Below are positions 10,065-25,000 of a stretch of 64,000 nucleotides of DNA, one piece after another (position 1 is the stretch's first letter; every line of letters starts with the position of its first letter). The DNA lies in the NCBI GenBank assembly GCA_040954595.2, contig CM082590.2:1426001-1490000 (forward strand), written 5' to 3'. The notes under the pieces are model-generated. The model was not told the DNA's origin, did not search any database, and saw nothing but the letters and a program-made list of their open reading frames with translations. Source of the DNA: Balanoglossus misakiensis (lineage: Eukaryota > Animalia > Hemichordata). The translations under genes were made by a program, and so were the position numbers.

Positions 10065-13000
10065 AGCTATTGTATTTTCCACTTTTTGTAAGTGAAGCCT
10101 GACTGTTGCCTGTCTTAGGTCACCACTTCATAAGCGGTCTTACTCGTCATTGGCACAAACAGTCTCAGGAAGTAAGCTTTCAGCCTACCGATGTAGCTAT
10201 TGTATTTTCCACTTTTTGTAAGTGAAGCCTGACTGTCGCCTGTCTTAGGTCACCACTTCATAAGCGGTCTTACCCGTCATTGGCACAAACAGTCTCAGGA
10301 AGTAAGCTTTCAGCCTACCAATGTAGCTAGTGTATTTTCCACTTTTTGTACGTGAAGCCTGACTGTCGCCTGTCTTAGGTCACCACTTCATAAGCGGTCT
10401 TAACCGTCATTGGCACAAACAGTCTCAGGAAGTAAGCTTTCGGCCTACCAATGTAGCTATTAAATTATCCACTTTATGTAAGTGAAGCCTGACTGTCGCC
10501 TGTCTTAGGTCACCACTTCATAAGCGGTCTTACCCGTCATTGGCACAAACAGTCTCAGGAAGTAAGCTTTCAGCCTACCAATGTAGCTATTATATTTTCC
10601 ACTTTTTGTAAGTGAAGCCTGACTGTCGCCTGTCTTAGGTCACCACTTCATAAGCGGTCTTACCCGTCATTGGCACAAACAGTCTCAGGAAGTAAGCTTT
10701 CAGCCTACCAATGTAGCTAGTGTATTTTCCACTTTTTGTACGTGAAGCCTGACTGTCGCCTGTCTTAGGTCACCACTTCATAAGCGGTCTTAACCGTCAT
10801 TGGCACAAACAGTCTCAGGAAGTAAGCTTTCGGCCTACCAATGTAGCTATTAAATTATCCACTTTATGTAAGTGAAGCCTGACTGTCGCCTGTCTTAGGT
10901 CACCACTTCATAAGCGGTCTTACTCGTCATTGGCACAAACAGTCTCAGGAAGTAAGCTTTCAGCCTACCAATGTAGCTATTGTATTTTCCACTTTTTGTA
11001 AGTGAAGCCTGACTGTCGCCTGTCTTAGGTCACCACTTCATAAGCGGTCTTACCCGTCATTGGCACAAACAGTCTCAGGAAGTAAGCTTTCAGCCTACCA
11101 ATGTAGCTATTATATTTTCCACTTTTTGTAAGTGAAGCCTGGCTGTCGCCTGTCTTAGGTCACCACTTCATAAGCGGTCTCACTCGTCATTGGCACAAAC
11201 AGTCTCAGGAAGTAAGCTTTCAGCCTACCAATGTAGCTATTGTATTTTCCACTTTTTGTAAGTGAAGCCTGACTGTCGCCTGTCTTAGGTCACCACTTCA
11301 TAAGCGGTCTTACCCGTCATTGGCACAAACAGTCTCAGGAAGTAAGCTTTCAGCCTACCAATGTAGCTATTATATTTTCCACTTTTTGTAAGTGAAGCCT
11401 GGCTGTCGCCTGTCTTAGGTCACCACTTCATAAGCGGTCTTACCCGTCATTGGCACAAACAGTCTCAGGAAGTAAGCTTTCAGCGTACCAATATAGCTAT
11501 TATTTTTTCCACTTTTTGTAAGTGAAGCCTGACTGTCGCCTGTCTTAGGTCACCACTTCATAAGCGGTCTTACCCGTCATTGGCACAAACAGTCTCAGGA
11601 AGTAAGCTTTCAGCCTACCAATGTAGCTATTATATTTTCCACTTTTTGTAAGTGAAGCCTGGCTGTCGCCTGTCTTAGGTCACCACTTCATAAGCGGTCT
11701 TACCCGTCATTGGCACAAACAGTCTCAGGAAGTAAGCTTTCAGCGTACCAATATAGCTATTATATTTTCCACTTTTTGTAAGTGAAGCCTGACTGTCACC
11801 TGTCTTAGGTCACCACTTCATAAGAGGTCTTACCCGTCATTGGCAAACAGTCTCAGGAAGTAAGCTTTCAGCCTACCAATGTAGCTATTATTTTTTCCAC
11901 TTTTTGTAAGTGAAGCCTGACTGTCGCCTGTCTTAGGTCACCACTTCATAAGCTGCTTACCCGTCATTGGCACAAACAGTCTCAGGAAGTAAGCTTTCAG
12001 CCTACCAATGTAGCTATTATATTTTCCACTTTTTTTAAGTGAAGCCTGGCTGTCGCCTGTCTTAGGTCACCACTTCATAAGCGGTCTTACCCGTCATTGG
12101 CACAAACAGTCTCAGGAAGTAAGCTTTCAGCCTACCAATGTAGCTATTATATTTTCCACTTTTTGTAAGTGAAGCCTGACTGTCTCCTGTCTTAGGTCAC
12201 CACTTTCATAAGCGGTCTTACCCGTCATTGACACAAACAGTCTCAGGAAGTAAGCTTTCAGCCTACCAATGTAGCTATTATATTTTCGACTTTTTGTAAG
12301 TGAAGCCTGACTGTCGCCTGTCTTAGGTCACCACTTCATAAGCGGTCTTACCCGTCATTGGCACAAACAGTCTAAGGAAGTAAGCTTTTAGCCTACCAAT
12401 GAGGCTATTATATTTTCCACTTTTTGTAACTGAAGCCTGACTGTCACCTGTCTTAGGTCACCACTTCATAAGAGGTCTTACCCGTCATTGGCACAAACAG
12501 TCGCAGGAAGTAAGCTTTCAGCCTATCAATGGAGCTATTATATTTTCCACTTTTTGTAAGTGAAGCCTGACTGTCGCCTGTCTTAGGTCACCACTTCATA
12601 AGAGGTCTTACCCGTCATTGGCACAAACAGTCTCAGGAAGTAAGCTTTCAGCCTACCAATGGAGCTATTATATTTTCCACTTTTTGTAACTGAAGCCTGA
12701 CTGTCACCTGTCTTAGGTCACCACTTCATAAGAGGTCTTACCCGTCATTGGCACAAACAGTCGCAGGAAGTAAGCTTTCAGCCTATCAATGGAGCTATTA
12801 TATTTTCCACTTTTTGTAAGTGAAGCCTGACTGTCGCCTGTCTTAGGTCACCACTTCATAAGAGGTCTTACCCGTCATTGGCACAAACAGTCTCAGGAAG
12901 TAAGCTTTCAGCCTACCAATGGAGCTATTATATTTTCCACTTTTTGTAACTGAAGCCTGACTGTCACCTGTCTTAGGTCACCACTTCATAAGAGGTCTTA

Positions 13001-16000
13001 CCCGTAATTGGCACAAACAGTCTCAGGAAGTAAGCTTTCAGCCTACCAAAGTAGCTATTATATTTTCCACTTTTTGTAAGTGAAGCCTGACTGTCGCCTG
13101 TCTTAGGTCACCACTTCATAAGCGGTCTTACCCGTCATTGGCACAAACAGTCTCAGGAAGTAAGCTTTCAGCCTACCAATGGAGCTATTATATTTTCCAC
13201 TTTTTGTAAGTGAAGCCTGACTGTCGCCTGTCTTAGGTCACCACTTCATAAGAGGTCTTACCCGTCATTGGCACAAACAGTCTCAGGAAGTAAGCTTTCA
13301 GCCTACCAATGTAGCTATTATATTTTCCACTTTTTGTAAGTGAAGCCTGGCTGTCGCCTGTCTTAGGTCACCACTTCATAAGCGGTCTTACCCGTCATTG
13401 GCACAAACAGTCTCAGGAAGTAAGCTTTCAGCGTACCAATATAGCTATTATTTTTTCCACTTTTTGTAAGTGAAGCCTGACTGTCACCTGTCTTAGGTCA
13501 CCACTTCATAAGCGGTCTTACCCGTCATTGGCACAAACAGTCTCAGGAAGTAAGCTTTCAGCCTACCAATGTAGCTATTATATTTTCCACTTTTTGTAAG
13601 TGAAGCCTGACTGTCTTCTGTCTTAGGTCACCACTTTCATAAGCGGTCTTACCCGTCATTGACACAAACAGTCTCAGGAAGTAAGCTTTCAGCCTACCAA
13701 TGTAGCTATTATATTTTCCACTTTTTGTAAGTGAAGCCTGACTGTCGCCTGTCTTAGGTCACCACTTCATAAGCGGTCTTACCCGTCATTGGCACAAACA
13801 GTCTAAGGAAGTAAGCTTTTAGCCTACCAATGAGGCTATTATATTTTCCACTTTTTGTAACTGAAGCCTGACTGTCACCTGTCTTAGGTCACCACTTCAT
13901 AAGAGGTCTTACCCGTCATTGGCACAAACAGTCGCAGGAAGTAAGCTTTCAGCCTATCAATGGAGCTATTATATTTTCCACTTTTTGTAAGTGAAGCCTT
14001 ACTGTCGCCTGTCTTAGGTCACCACTTCATAAGAGGTCTTACCCGTCATTGGCACAAACAGTCTCAGGAAGTAAGCTTTCAGCCTACCAATGGAGCTATT
14101 ATATTTTCCACTTTTTGTAACTGAAGCCTGACTGTCACCTGTCTTAGGTCACCACTTCATAAGAGGTCTTACCCGTCATTGGCACAAACAGTCTCAGGAA
14201 GTAAGCTTTCAGCCTACAAATGTAGCTATTATATTTTCCACTTTTCGTAAGTGAAGCCTTACTGTCGCCTGTCTTAGGTCACCACTTCATAAGCGGTCTT
14301 ACCCGTCATTGGCACAAACAGTCTCAGGAAGTAAGCTTTCAGCCTACCAATGTAGCTATTGTATTTTCCACTTTTTGTAAGTGAAGCCTGACTGTCGCCT
14401 GTCTTAGGTCACCACTTCATAAGCGGTCTTACCCGTCATTGGCACAAACAGTCTCAGGAAGTAAGCTTTCAGCCTACCAATGTAGCTATTGTATTTTCCA
14501 CTTTTTGTAAGTGAAGCCTGACTGTCGCCTGTCTTAGGTCACCACTTCATCAGCGGTCATACCCGTTATTGGCACAAACAGTCTCAGGAAGTAAGCTTTC
14601 AGCCTACCAATGTAGCTATTAAATTTTCCACTTTTTGTAAGTGAAGCCTGACTGTCGCCTGTCTTAGGTCACCACTTCATAAGAGGTCTTACCCGTCATT
14701 GGCACAAACAGTCTCAAGAAGTAAGCTTTCAGCCTACCAATGTAGCTATTATATTTTCCACTTTTTGTAAGTGAAGCCTGACTGTCGCCTGTCTTAGGTC
14801 ACCACTTCATAAGCGGTCTTACCCGTCATTGGCACAAACAGTGTCAGGAAGTAAGCTTTCAGCCTACCAATGTAGCTATTATATTTTCCACTTTTTGTAA
14901 GTGAAGCCTGACTGTCGCCTGTCTTAGGTCACCACTTCATAAGCGGTCTTACCCGTCATTGGCACAAACAGTCTCAGGAAGTAAGCTTTCAGCCTACCAA
15001 TGTAGCTATTGTATTTTCCACTCTTTGTAAGTGAAGCCTGACTATCGCCTGTCTTAGGTCACCACTTCATAAGAGGTCTTACCCGTCATTGGCACAAACA
15101 GTCTCAGGAAGTAAGCTTTCAGCCTACCAATGTAGCTATTATATTTTCCACTTTTTGTAAGTGAAGCCTGACTGTCGCCTGTCTTAGGTCACCACTTCAT
15201 AAGCGGTCTTACCCGTCATTGGCACAAACAGTGTCAGGAAGTAAGCTTTCAGCCTACAAATGTAGCTATTATATTTTCCACTTTTTGTAAGTGAAGCCTG
15301 ACTGTCGCCTGTCTTAGGTCACCACTTCATAAGCGGTCTTACCCGTCATTGGCACAAACAGTCTCAGGAAGTAAGCTTTCAGCCTACCAATGTAGCTATT
15401 ATATTTTCCAATTTTTGTAAGTGAAGCCTGACTGTCGCCTGTCTTAGGTCACCACTTCATAAGCGGTCTTACCCGTCATTGGCACAAACAGTCTAAGGAA
15501 GTAAGCTTTTAGCCTACCAATGTAGCTATTGTATTTTCCACTTTTTGTAACTGAAGCCTGACTGTCACCTGTCTTAGGTTACCACTTCATAAGCGGTCTT
15601 ACCCGTCATTGGCACAAACAGTCTCAGGAAGTAAGCTTTCAGCCTACCAATGTAGCTATTATATTTTCCACTTTTTGTAAGTGAAGACTGACTGTCGCCG
15701 GTCTTAGGTCACCACTTCATAAGCGGTCTTACCCGTCATTGGCACAAACAGTCTCAGGAAGTAAGCTTTCAGCCTACCAATGTAGCTATTGTATTTTCCA
15801 CTTTTTGTAAGTGAAGCCTGACTATCGCCTGTCTTAGATCACCACTTCATAAGCGGTCTTACCCGTCATTGGCACAAACAGTCTCAGGAAGTAAGCTTTC
15901 AGCCTACCAATGTAGCTATTATATTTTCCACTTTTTGTAAGTGAAGACTGACTGTCGCCGGTCTTAGGTCACCACTTCATAAGCGGTCTTACCCGTCATT

Positions 16001-19000
16001 GGCACAAACAGTCTCAGGAAGTAAGCTTTCAGCCTACCAATGTAGCTATTGTATTTTCCACTTTTTGTAAGTGAAGCCTGACTATCGCCTGTCTTAGATC
16101 ACCACTTCATAAGCGGTCTTACCCGTCATTGGCACAAACAGTCTCAGGAAGTAAGCTTTCAGCCTACCAATGTAGCTATTATATTTTCCAATTTTTGTAA
16201 GTGAAGCCTGACTGTCGCCTGTCTTAGGTCACCACTTCATAAGCGGTCTTACCCGTCATTGGCACAAACAGTCTAAGGAAGTAAGCTTTTAGCCTACCAA
16301 TGTAGCTATTGTATTTTCCACTTTTTGTAACTGAAGCCTGACTGTCACCTGTCTTAGGTCACCACTTCATAAGAGGTCTTACCCGTCATTGGCACAAACA
16401 GTCGCAGGAAGTAAGCTTTCAGCCTACCAATGGAGCTATTGTATTTTCCACTTTTTGTAAGTGAAGCCTGACTGTCGCCTGTCTTAGGTCATCACTTCAT
16501 AAGCGGTCTTACCCGTCATTGGCACAAACAGTCTAAGGAAGTAAGCTTTTAGCCTACCAATGTAGCTATTGTATTTTCCACTGTTTGTAAGTGAAGCCTG
16601 ACTGTCACCTGTCTTAGGTTACCACTTCATAAGCGGTCTTACCCGTCATTGGCACAAACAGTCTCAGGAAGTAAGCTTTCAGCCTACCAATGTAGCTATT
16701 ATATTTTCCACTTTTTGTAAGTGAAGACTGACTGTCGCCGGTCTTGGGTCACCACTTCATAAGCGGTCTTACCCGTCATTGGCACAAACAGTGTCAGGAA
16801 GTAAGCTTTCAGCCTACCAATGTAGCTATTGTATTTTCCACTCTTTGTAAGTGAAGCCTGACTATCGCCTGTCTTAGGTCACCACTTCATAAGCGGTCTT
16901 ACCCGTCATTGGCACAAACAGTCTCAGGAAGTAAGCTTTCAGCCTACCAATGTAGCTATTGTATTTTCCACTCTTTGTAAGTGAAGCCTGACTATCGCCT
17001 GTCTTAGGTCACCACTTCATAAGCGGTCTTACCCGTCATTGGCACAAACAGTCTCAGGAAGTAAGCTTTCAGCCTACCAATGTAGCTATTGTATTTTCCA
17101 CTCTTTGTAAGTGAAGCCTGACTATCGCCTGTCTTAGGTTACCACTTCATAAGAGGTCTTACCCGTCATTGGCACAAACAGTCTCAGGAAGTAAGCTTTC
17201 AGCCTACCAATGTAGCTATTATATTTTCCACTTTTTGTAAGTGAAGCCTGACTGTCGCCTGTCTTAGGTCACCACTTCATAAGCGGTCTTACCCGTCATT
17301 GGCACAAACAGTGTCAGGAAGTAAGCTTTCAGCCTACCAATGTAGCTATTATATTTTCCACTTTTTGTAAGTGAAGCCTGACTGTCGCCTGTCTTAGGTC
17401 ACCACTTCATAAGCGGTCTTACCCGTCATTGGCACAAACAGTCTCAGGAATTAAGCTTTCAGCCTACCAATGTAGCTATTATATTTTCCACTTTTTGTAA
17501 GTGAAGCCTGACTGTCGCCTGTCTTAGGTCACCACTTCATAAGCGGTCTTACCCGTCATTGGCACAAACAGTCTAAGGAAGTAAGCTTTTAGCCTACCAA
17601 TGTAGCTATTGTATTTTCCACTGTTTGTAAGTGAAGCCTGACTGTCACCTGTCTTAGGTTACCACTTCATAAGCGGTCTTACCCGTCATTGGCACAAACA
17701 GTCTCAGGAAGTAAGCTTTCAGCCTACCAATGTAGCTATTATATTTTCCACTTTTTGTAAGTGAAGCCTGACTGTCGCCTGTCTTAGGTCACCACTTCAT
17801 AAGCGGTCTTACCCGTCATTGGCACAAACAGTGTCAGGAAGTAAGCTTTCAGCCTACAAATGTAGCTATTATATTTTCCACTTTTTGTAAGTGAAGCCTG
17901 ACTGTCGCCTGTCTTAGGTCACCACTTCATAAGCGGTCTTACCCGTCATTGGCACAAACAGTCTCAGGAAGTAAGCTTTCAGCCTACCAATGTAGCTATT
18001 ATATTTTCCAATTTTTGTAAGTGAAGCCTGACTGTCGCCTGTCTTAGGTCACCACTTCATAAGCGGTCTTACCCGTCATTGGCACAAACAGTCTAAGGAA
18101 GTAAGCTTTTAGCCTACCAATGTAGCTATTGTATTTTCCACTTTTTGTAAGTGAAGCCTGACTGTCACCTGTTATAGGTTACCACTTCATAAGCGGTCTT
18201 ACCCGTCATTGGCACAAACAGTCTCAGGAAGTAAGCTTTCAGCCTACCAATGTAGCTATTATATTTTCCACTTTTTGTAAGTGAAGACTGACTGTCGCCG
18301 GTCTTAGGTCACCACTTCATAAGCGGTCTTACCCGTCATTGGCACAAACAGTCTCAGGAAGTAAGCTTTCAGCCTACCAATGTAGCTATTGTATTTTCCA
18401 CTTTTTGTAAGTGAAGCCTGACTATCGCCTGTCTTAGATCACCACTTCATAAGCGGTCTTACCCGTCATTGGCACAAACAGTCTCAGGAAGTAAGCTTTC
18501 AGCCTACCAATGTAGCTATTATATTTTCCACTTTTTGTAAGTGAAGCCTGACTGTCGCCTGTCTTAGGTCACCACTTCATAAGCGGTCTTACCCGTCATT
18601 GGCACAAACAGTGTCAGGAAGTAAGCTTTCAGCCTACAAATGTAGCTATTATATTTTCCACTTTTTGTAAGTGAAGCCTGACTGTCGCCTGTCTTAGGTC
18701 ACCACTTCATAAGCGGTCTTACCCGTCATTGGCACAAACAGTCTCAGGAAGTAAGCTTTCAGCCTACCAATGTAGCTATTATATTTTCCAATTTTTGTAA
18801 GTGAAGCCTGACTGTCGCCTGTCTTAGGTCACCACTTCATAAGCGGTCTTACCCGTCATTGGCACAAACAGTCTAAGGAAGTAAGCTTTTAGCCTACCAA
18901 TGTAGCTATTGTATTTTCCACTTTTTGTAACTGAAGCCTGACTGTCACCTGTCTTAGGTTACCACTTCATAAGCGGTCTTACCCGTCATTGGCACAAACA

Positions 19001-22000
19001 GTCTCAGGAAGTAAGCTTTCAGCCTACCAATGTAGCTATTATATTTTCCACTTTTTGTAAGTGAAGACTGACTGTCGCCGGTCTTAGGTCACCACTTCAT
19101 AAGCGGTCTTACCCGTCATTGGCACAAACAGTCTCAGGAAGTAAGCTTTCAGCCTACCAATGTAGCTATTGTATTTTCCACTTTTTGTAAGTGAAGCCTG
19201 ACTATCGCCTGTCTTAGATCACCACTTCATAAGCGGTCTTACCCGTCATTGGCACAAACAGTCTCAGGAAGTAAGCTTTCAGCCTACCAATGTAGCTATT
19301 ATATTTTCCACTTTTTGTAAGTGAAGACTGACTGTCGCCGGTCTTAGGTCACCACTTCATAAGCGGTCTTACCCGTCATTGGCACAAACAGTCTCAGGAA
19401 GTAAGCTTTCAGCCTACCAATGTAGCTATTGTATTTTCCACTTTTTGTAAGTGAAGCCTGACTATCGCCTGTCTTAGATCACCACTTCATAAGCGGTCTT
19501 ACCCGTCATTGGCACAAACAGTCTCAGGAAGTAAGCTTTCAGCCTACCAATGTAGCTATTATATTTTCCAATTTTTGTAAGTGAAGCCTGACTGTCGCCT
19601 GTCTTAGGTCACCACTTCATAAGCGGTCTTACCCGTCATTGGCACAAACAGTCTAAGGAAGTAAGCTTTTAGCCTACCAATGTAGCTATTGTATTTTCCA
19701 CTTTTTGTAACTGAAGCCTGACTGTCACCTGTCTTAGGTCACCACTTCATAAGAGGTCTTACCCGTCATTGGCACAAACAGTCGCAGGAAGTAAGCTTTC
19801 AGCCTACCAATGGAGCTATTGTATTTTCCACTTTTTGTAAGTGAAGCCTGACTGTCGCCTGTCTTAGGTCATCACTTCATAAGCGGTCTTACCCGTCATT
19901 GGCACAAACAGTCTAAGGAAGTAAGCTTTTAGCCTACCAATGTAGCTATTGTATTTTCCACTGTTTGTAAGTGAAGCCTGACTGTCACCTGTCTTAGGTT
20001 ACCACTTCATAAGCGGTCTTACCCGTCATTGGCACAAACAGTCTCAGGAAGTAAGCTTTCAGCCTACCAATGTAGCTATTATATTTTCCACTTTTTGTAA
20101 GTGAAGACTGACTGTCGCCGGTCTTGGGTCACCACTTCATAAGCGGTCTTACCCGTCATTGGCACAAACAGTGTCAGGAAGTAAGCTTTCAGCCTACCAA
20201 TGTAGCTATTGTATTTTCCACTCTTTGTAAGTGAAGCCTGACTATCGCCTGTCTTAGGTCACCACTTCATAAGCGGTCTTACCCGTCATTGGCACAAACA
20301 GTCTCAGGAAGTAAGCTTTCAGCCTACCAATGTAGCTATTGTATTTTCCACTCTTTGTAAGTGAAGCCTGACTATCGCCTGTCTTAGGTCACCACTTCAT
20401 AAGCGGTCTTACCCGTCATTGGCACAAACAGTCTCAGGAAGTAAGCTTTCAGCCTACCAATGTAGCTATTGTATTTTCCACTCTTTGTAAGTGAAGCCTG
20501 ACTATCGCCTGTCTTAGGTTACCACTTCATAAGAGGTCTTACCCGTCATTGGCACAAACAGTCTCAGGAAGTAAGCTTTCAGCCTACCAATGTAGCTATT
20601 ATATTTTCCACTTTTTGTAAGTGAAGCCTGACTGTCGCCTGTCTTAGGTCACCACTTCATAAGCGGTCTTACCCGTCATTGGCACAAACAGTGTCAGGAA
20701 GTAAGCTTTCAGCCTACCAATGTAGCTATTATATTTTCCACTTTTTGTAAGTGAAGCCTGACTGTCGCCTGTCTTAGGTCACCACTTCATAAGCGGTCTT
20801 ACCCGTCATTGGCACAAACAGTCTCAGGAATTAAGCTTTCAGCCTACCAATGTAGCTATTATATTTTCCACTTTTTGTAAGTGAAGCCTGACTGTCGCCT
20901 GTCTTAGGTCACCACTTCATAAGCGGTCTTACCCGTCATTGGCACAAACAGTCTAAGGAAGTAAGCTTTTAGCCTACCAATGTAGCTATTGTATTTTCCA
21001 CTGTTTGTAAGTGAAGCCTGACTGTCACCTGTCTTAGGTCACCACTTCATAAGCGGTCTTACCCGTCATTGGCACAAACAGTGTCAGGAAGTAAGCTTTC
21101 AGCCTACAAATGTAGCTATTATATTTTCCACTTTTTGTAAGTGAAGCCTGACTGTCGCCTGTCTTAGGTCACCACTTCATAAGCGGTCTTACCCGTCATT
21201 GGCACAAACAGTCTCAGGAAGTAAGCTTTCAGCCTACCAATGTAGCTATTATATTTTCCAATTTTTGTAAGTGAAGCCTGACTGTCGCCTGTCTTAGGTC
21301 ACCACTTCATAAGCGGTCTTACCCGTCATTGGCACAAACAGTCTAAGGAAGTAAGCTTTTAGCCTACCAATGTAGCTATTGTATTTTCCACTTTTTGTAA
21401 GTGAAGCCTGACTGTCACCTGTTATAGGTTACCACTTCATAAGCGGTCTTACCCGTCATTGGCACAAACAGTCTCAGGAAGTAAGCTTTCAGCCTACCAA
21501 TGTAGCTATTATATTTTCCACTTTTTGTAAGTGAAGACTGACTGTCGCCGGTCTTAGGTCACCACTTCATAAGCGGTCTTACCCGTCATTGGCACAAACA
21601 GTCTCAGGAAGTAAGCTTTCAGCCTACCAATGTAGCTATTGTATTTTCCACTTTTTGTAAGTGAAGCCTGACTATCGCCTGTCTTAGATCACCACTTCAT
21701 AAGCGGTCTTACCCGTCATTGGCACAAACAGTCTCAGGAAGTAAGCTTTCAGCCTACCAATGTAGCTATTATATTTTCCACTTTTTGTAAGTGAAGACTG
21801 ACTGTCGCCGGTCTTAGGTCACCACTTCATAAGCGGTCTTACCCGTCATTGGCACAAACAGTCTCAGGAAGTAAGCTTTCAGCCTACCAATGTAGCTATT
21901 GTATTTTCCACTTTTTGTAAGTGAAGCCTGACTATCGCCTGTCTTAGATCACCACTTCATAAGCGGTCTTACCCGTCATTGGCACAAACAGTCTCAGGAA

Positions 22001-25000
22001 GTAAGCTTTCAGCCTACCAATGTAGCTATTATATTTTCCAATTTTTGTAAGTGAAGCCTGACTGTCGCCTGTCTTAGGTCACCACTTCATAAGCGGTCTT
22101 ACCCGTCATTGGCACAAACAGTCTAAGGAAGTAAGCTTTTAGCCTACCAATGTAGCTATTGTATTTTCCACTTTTTGTAACTGAAGCCTGACTGTCACCT
22201 GTCTTAGGTCACCACTTCATAAGAGGTCTTACCCGTCATTGGCACAAACAGTCGCAGGAAGTAAGCTTTCAGCCTACCAATGGAGCTATTGTATTTTCCA
22301 CTTTTTGTAAGTGAAGCCTGACTGTCGCCTGTCTTAGGTCATCACTTCATAAGCGGTCTTACCCGTCATTGGCACAAACAGTCTAAGGAAGTAAGCTTTT
22401 AGCCTACCAATGTAGCTATTGTATTTTCCACTGTTTGTAAGTGAAGCCTGACTGTCACCTGTCTTAGGTTACCACTTCATAAGCGGTCTTACCCGTCATT
22501 GGCACAAACAGTCTCAGGAAGTAAGCTTTCAGCCTACCAATGTAGCTATTATATTTTCCACTTTTTGTAAGTGAAGACTGACTGTCGCCGGTCTTGGGTC
22601 ACCACTTCATAAGCGGTCTTACCCGTCATTGGCACAAACAGTGTCAGGAAGTAAGCTTTCAGCCTACCAATGTAGCTATTGTATTTTCCACTCTTTGTAA
22701 GTGAAGCCTGACTATCGCCTGTCTTAGGTCACCACTTCATAAGCGGTCTTACCCGTCATTGGCACAAACAGTCTCAGGAAGTAAGCTTTCAGCCTACCAA
22801 TGTAGCTATTGTATTTTCCACTCTTTGTAAGTGAAGCCTGACTATCGCCTGTCTTAGGTCACCACTTCATAAGCGGTCTTACCCGTCATTGGCACAAACA
22901 GTCTCAGGAAGTAAGCTTTCAGCCTACCAATGTAGCTATTGTATTTTCCACTCTTTGTAAGTGAAGCCTGACTATCGCCTGTCTTAGGTTACCACTTCAT
23001 AAGAGGTCTTACCCGTCATTGGCACAAACAGTCTCAGGAAGTAAGCTTTCAGCCTACCAATGTAGCTATTATATTTTCCACTTTTTGTAAGTGAAGCCTG
23101 ACTGTCGCCTGTCTTAGGTCACCACTTCATAAGCGGTCTTACCCGTCATTGGCACAAACAGTGTCAGGAAGTAAGCTTTCAGCCTACCAATGTAGCTATT
23201 ATATTTTCCACTTTTTGTAAGTGAAGCCTGACTGTCGCCTGTCTTAGGTCACCACTTCATAAGCGGTCTTACCCGTCATTGGCACAAACAGTCTCAGGAA
23301 TTAAGCTTTCAGCCTACCAATGTAGCTATTATATTTTCCACTTTTTGTAAGTGAAGCCTGACTGTCGCCTGTCTTAGGTCACCACTTCATAAGCGGTCTT
23401 ACCCGTCATTGGCACAAACAGTCTAAGGAAGTAAGCTTTTAGCCTACCAATGTAGCTATTGTATTTTCCACTGTTTGTAAGTGAAGCCTGACTGTCACCT
23501 GTCTTAGGTTACCACTTCATAAGCGGTCTTACCCGTCATTGGCACAAACAGTCTCAGGAAGTAAGCTTTCAGCCTACCAATGTAGCTATTATATTTTCCA
23601 CTTTTTGTAAGTGAAGCCTGACTGTCGGCTGTCTTAGGTCACCACTTCATAAGCGGTCTTACCCGTGATTGGCACAAACAGTCTCAGGAAGTAAGCTTTC
23701 AGCCTACCAATGTAGCTATTATATTTTCCACTTTTTGTAAGTGAAGCCTGACTGTCGCCTGTCTTAGGTCACCACTTCATAAGCGGTCTTACCCGTCATT
23801 GGCACAAACAGTCTAAGGAAGTAAGCTTTTAGCCTACCAATATAGCTATTGTATTTTCCACTTTTTGTAACTGAAGCCTGACTGTCACCTGTCTTAGGTC
23901 ACCACTTCATAAGAGGTCTTACCCGTCATTGGCACAAACAGTCGCAGGAAGTAAGCTTTCAGCCTACCAATGGAGCTATTATATTTTCCACTTTTTGTAA
24001 GTGAAGCCTGACTGTCGCCTGTCTTAGGTCACCACTTCATAAGAGGTCTTACCCGTCATTGGCACAAACAGTCTCAGGGTTAGCTTTCAGCCTACCAATG
24101 GAGCTATAATATTTTTCACTTTTTGTAACTGAAGCCTGACTGTCACCTGTCTTAGGTCACCACTTTATAAGCGGTCTTACCCGTCATTGGCACAAACAGT
24201 CTAAGGAAGTAAGCTTTCAGCCTACCAAAGTAGCTATTATATTTTCCACTTTTTGTAAGTGAAGCCTGACTGTCGCCTGTCTTAGGTCACCACTTCATAA
24301 GCGGTCTTACCCGTCATTGGCACAAACAGTCTCAGGAAGTAAGCTTTCAGCCTACAAATGTAGCTATTATATTTTCTACTTTTTGTAAGTGAAGCCTGAC
24401 TGTCGCCTGTCTTAGGTCACCACTTCATAAGCGGTCTTACCCGTCATTGGCACAAACAGTCTCAGGAAGTAAGCTTTCAGCCTACCAATGTAGCTATTGT
24501 ATTTTCCACTTTTTGTAAGTGAAGCCTGACTGTCGCCTGTCTTAGGTCACCACTTCATAAGAGGTCTTACCCGTCATTGGCACAAACAGTCGCAGGAAGT
24601 AAGCTTTCAGCCTATCAATGGAGCTATTATATTTTCCACTTTTTGTAAGTGAAGCCTGACTGTCGCCTGTCTTAGGTCACCACTTCATAAGAGGTCTTAC
24701 CCGTCATTGGCACAAACAGTCTCAGGAAGTAAGCTTTCAGCCTACCAATGGAGCTATTATATTTTCCACTTTTTGTAACTGAAGCCTGACTGTCACCTGT
24801 CTTAGGTCACCACTTCATAAGAGGTCTTACCCGTCATTGGCACAAACAGTCTCAGGAAGTATGCTTTCAGCCTACAAATGTAGCTATTATATTTTCCACT
24901 TTTCGTAAGTGAAGCCTTACTGTCGCCTGTCTTAGGTCACCACTTCATAAGCGGTCTTACCCGTCATTGGCACAAACAGTCTCAGGAAGTAAGCTTTCAG

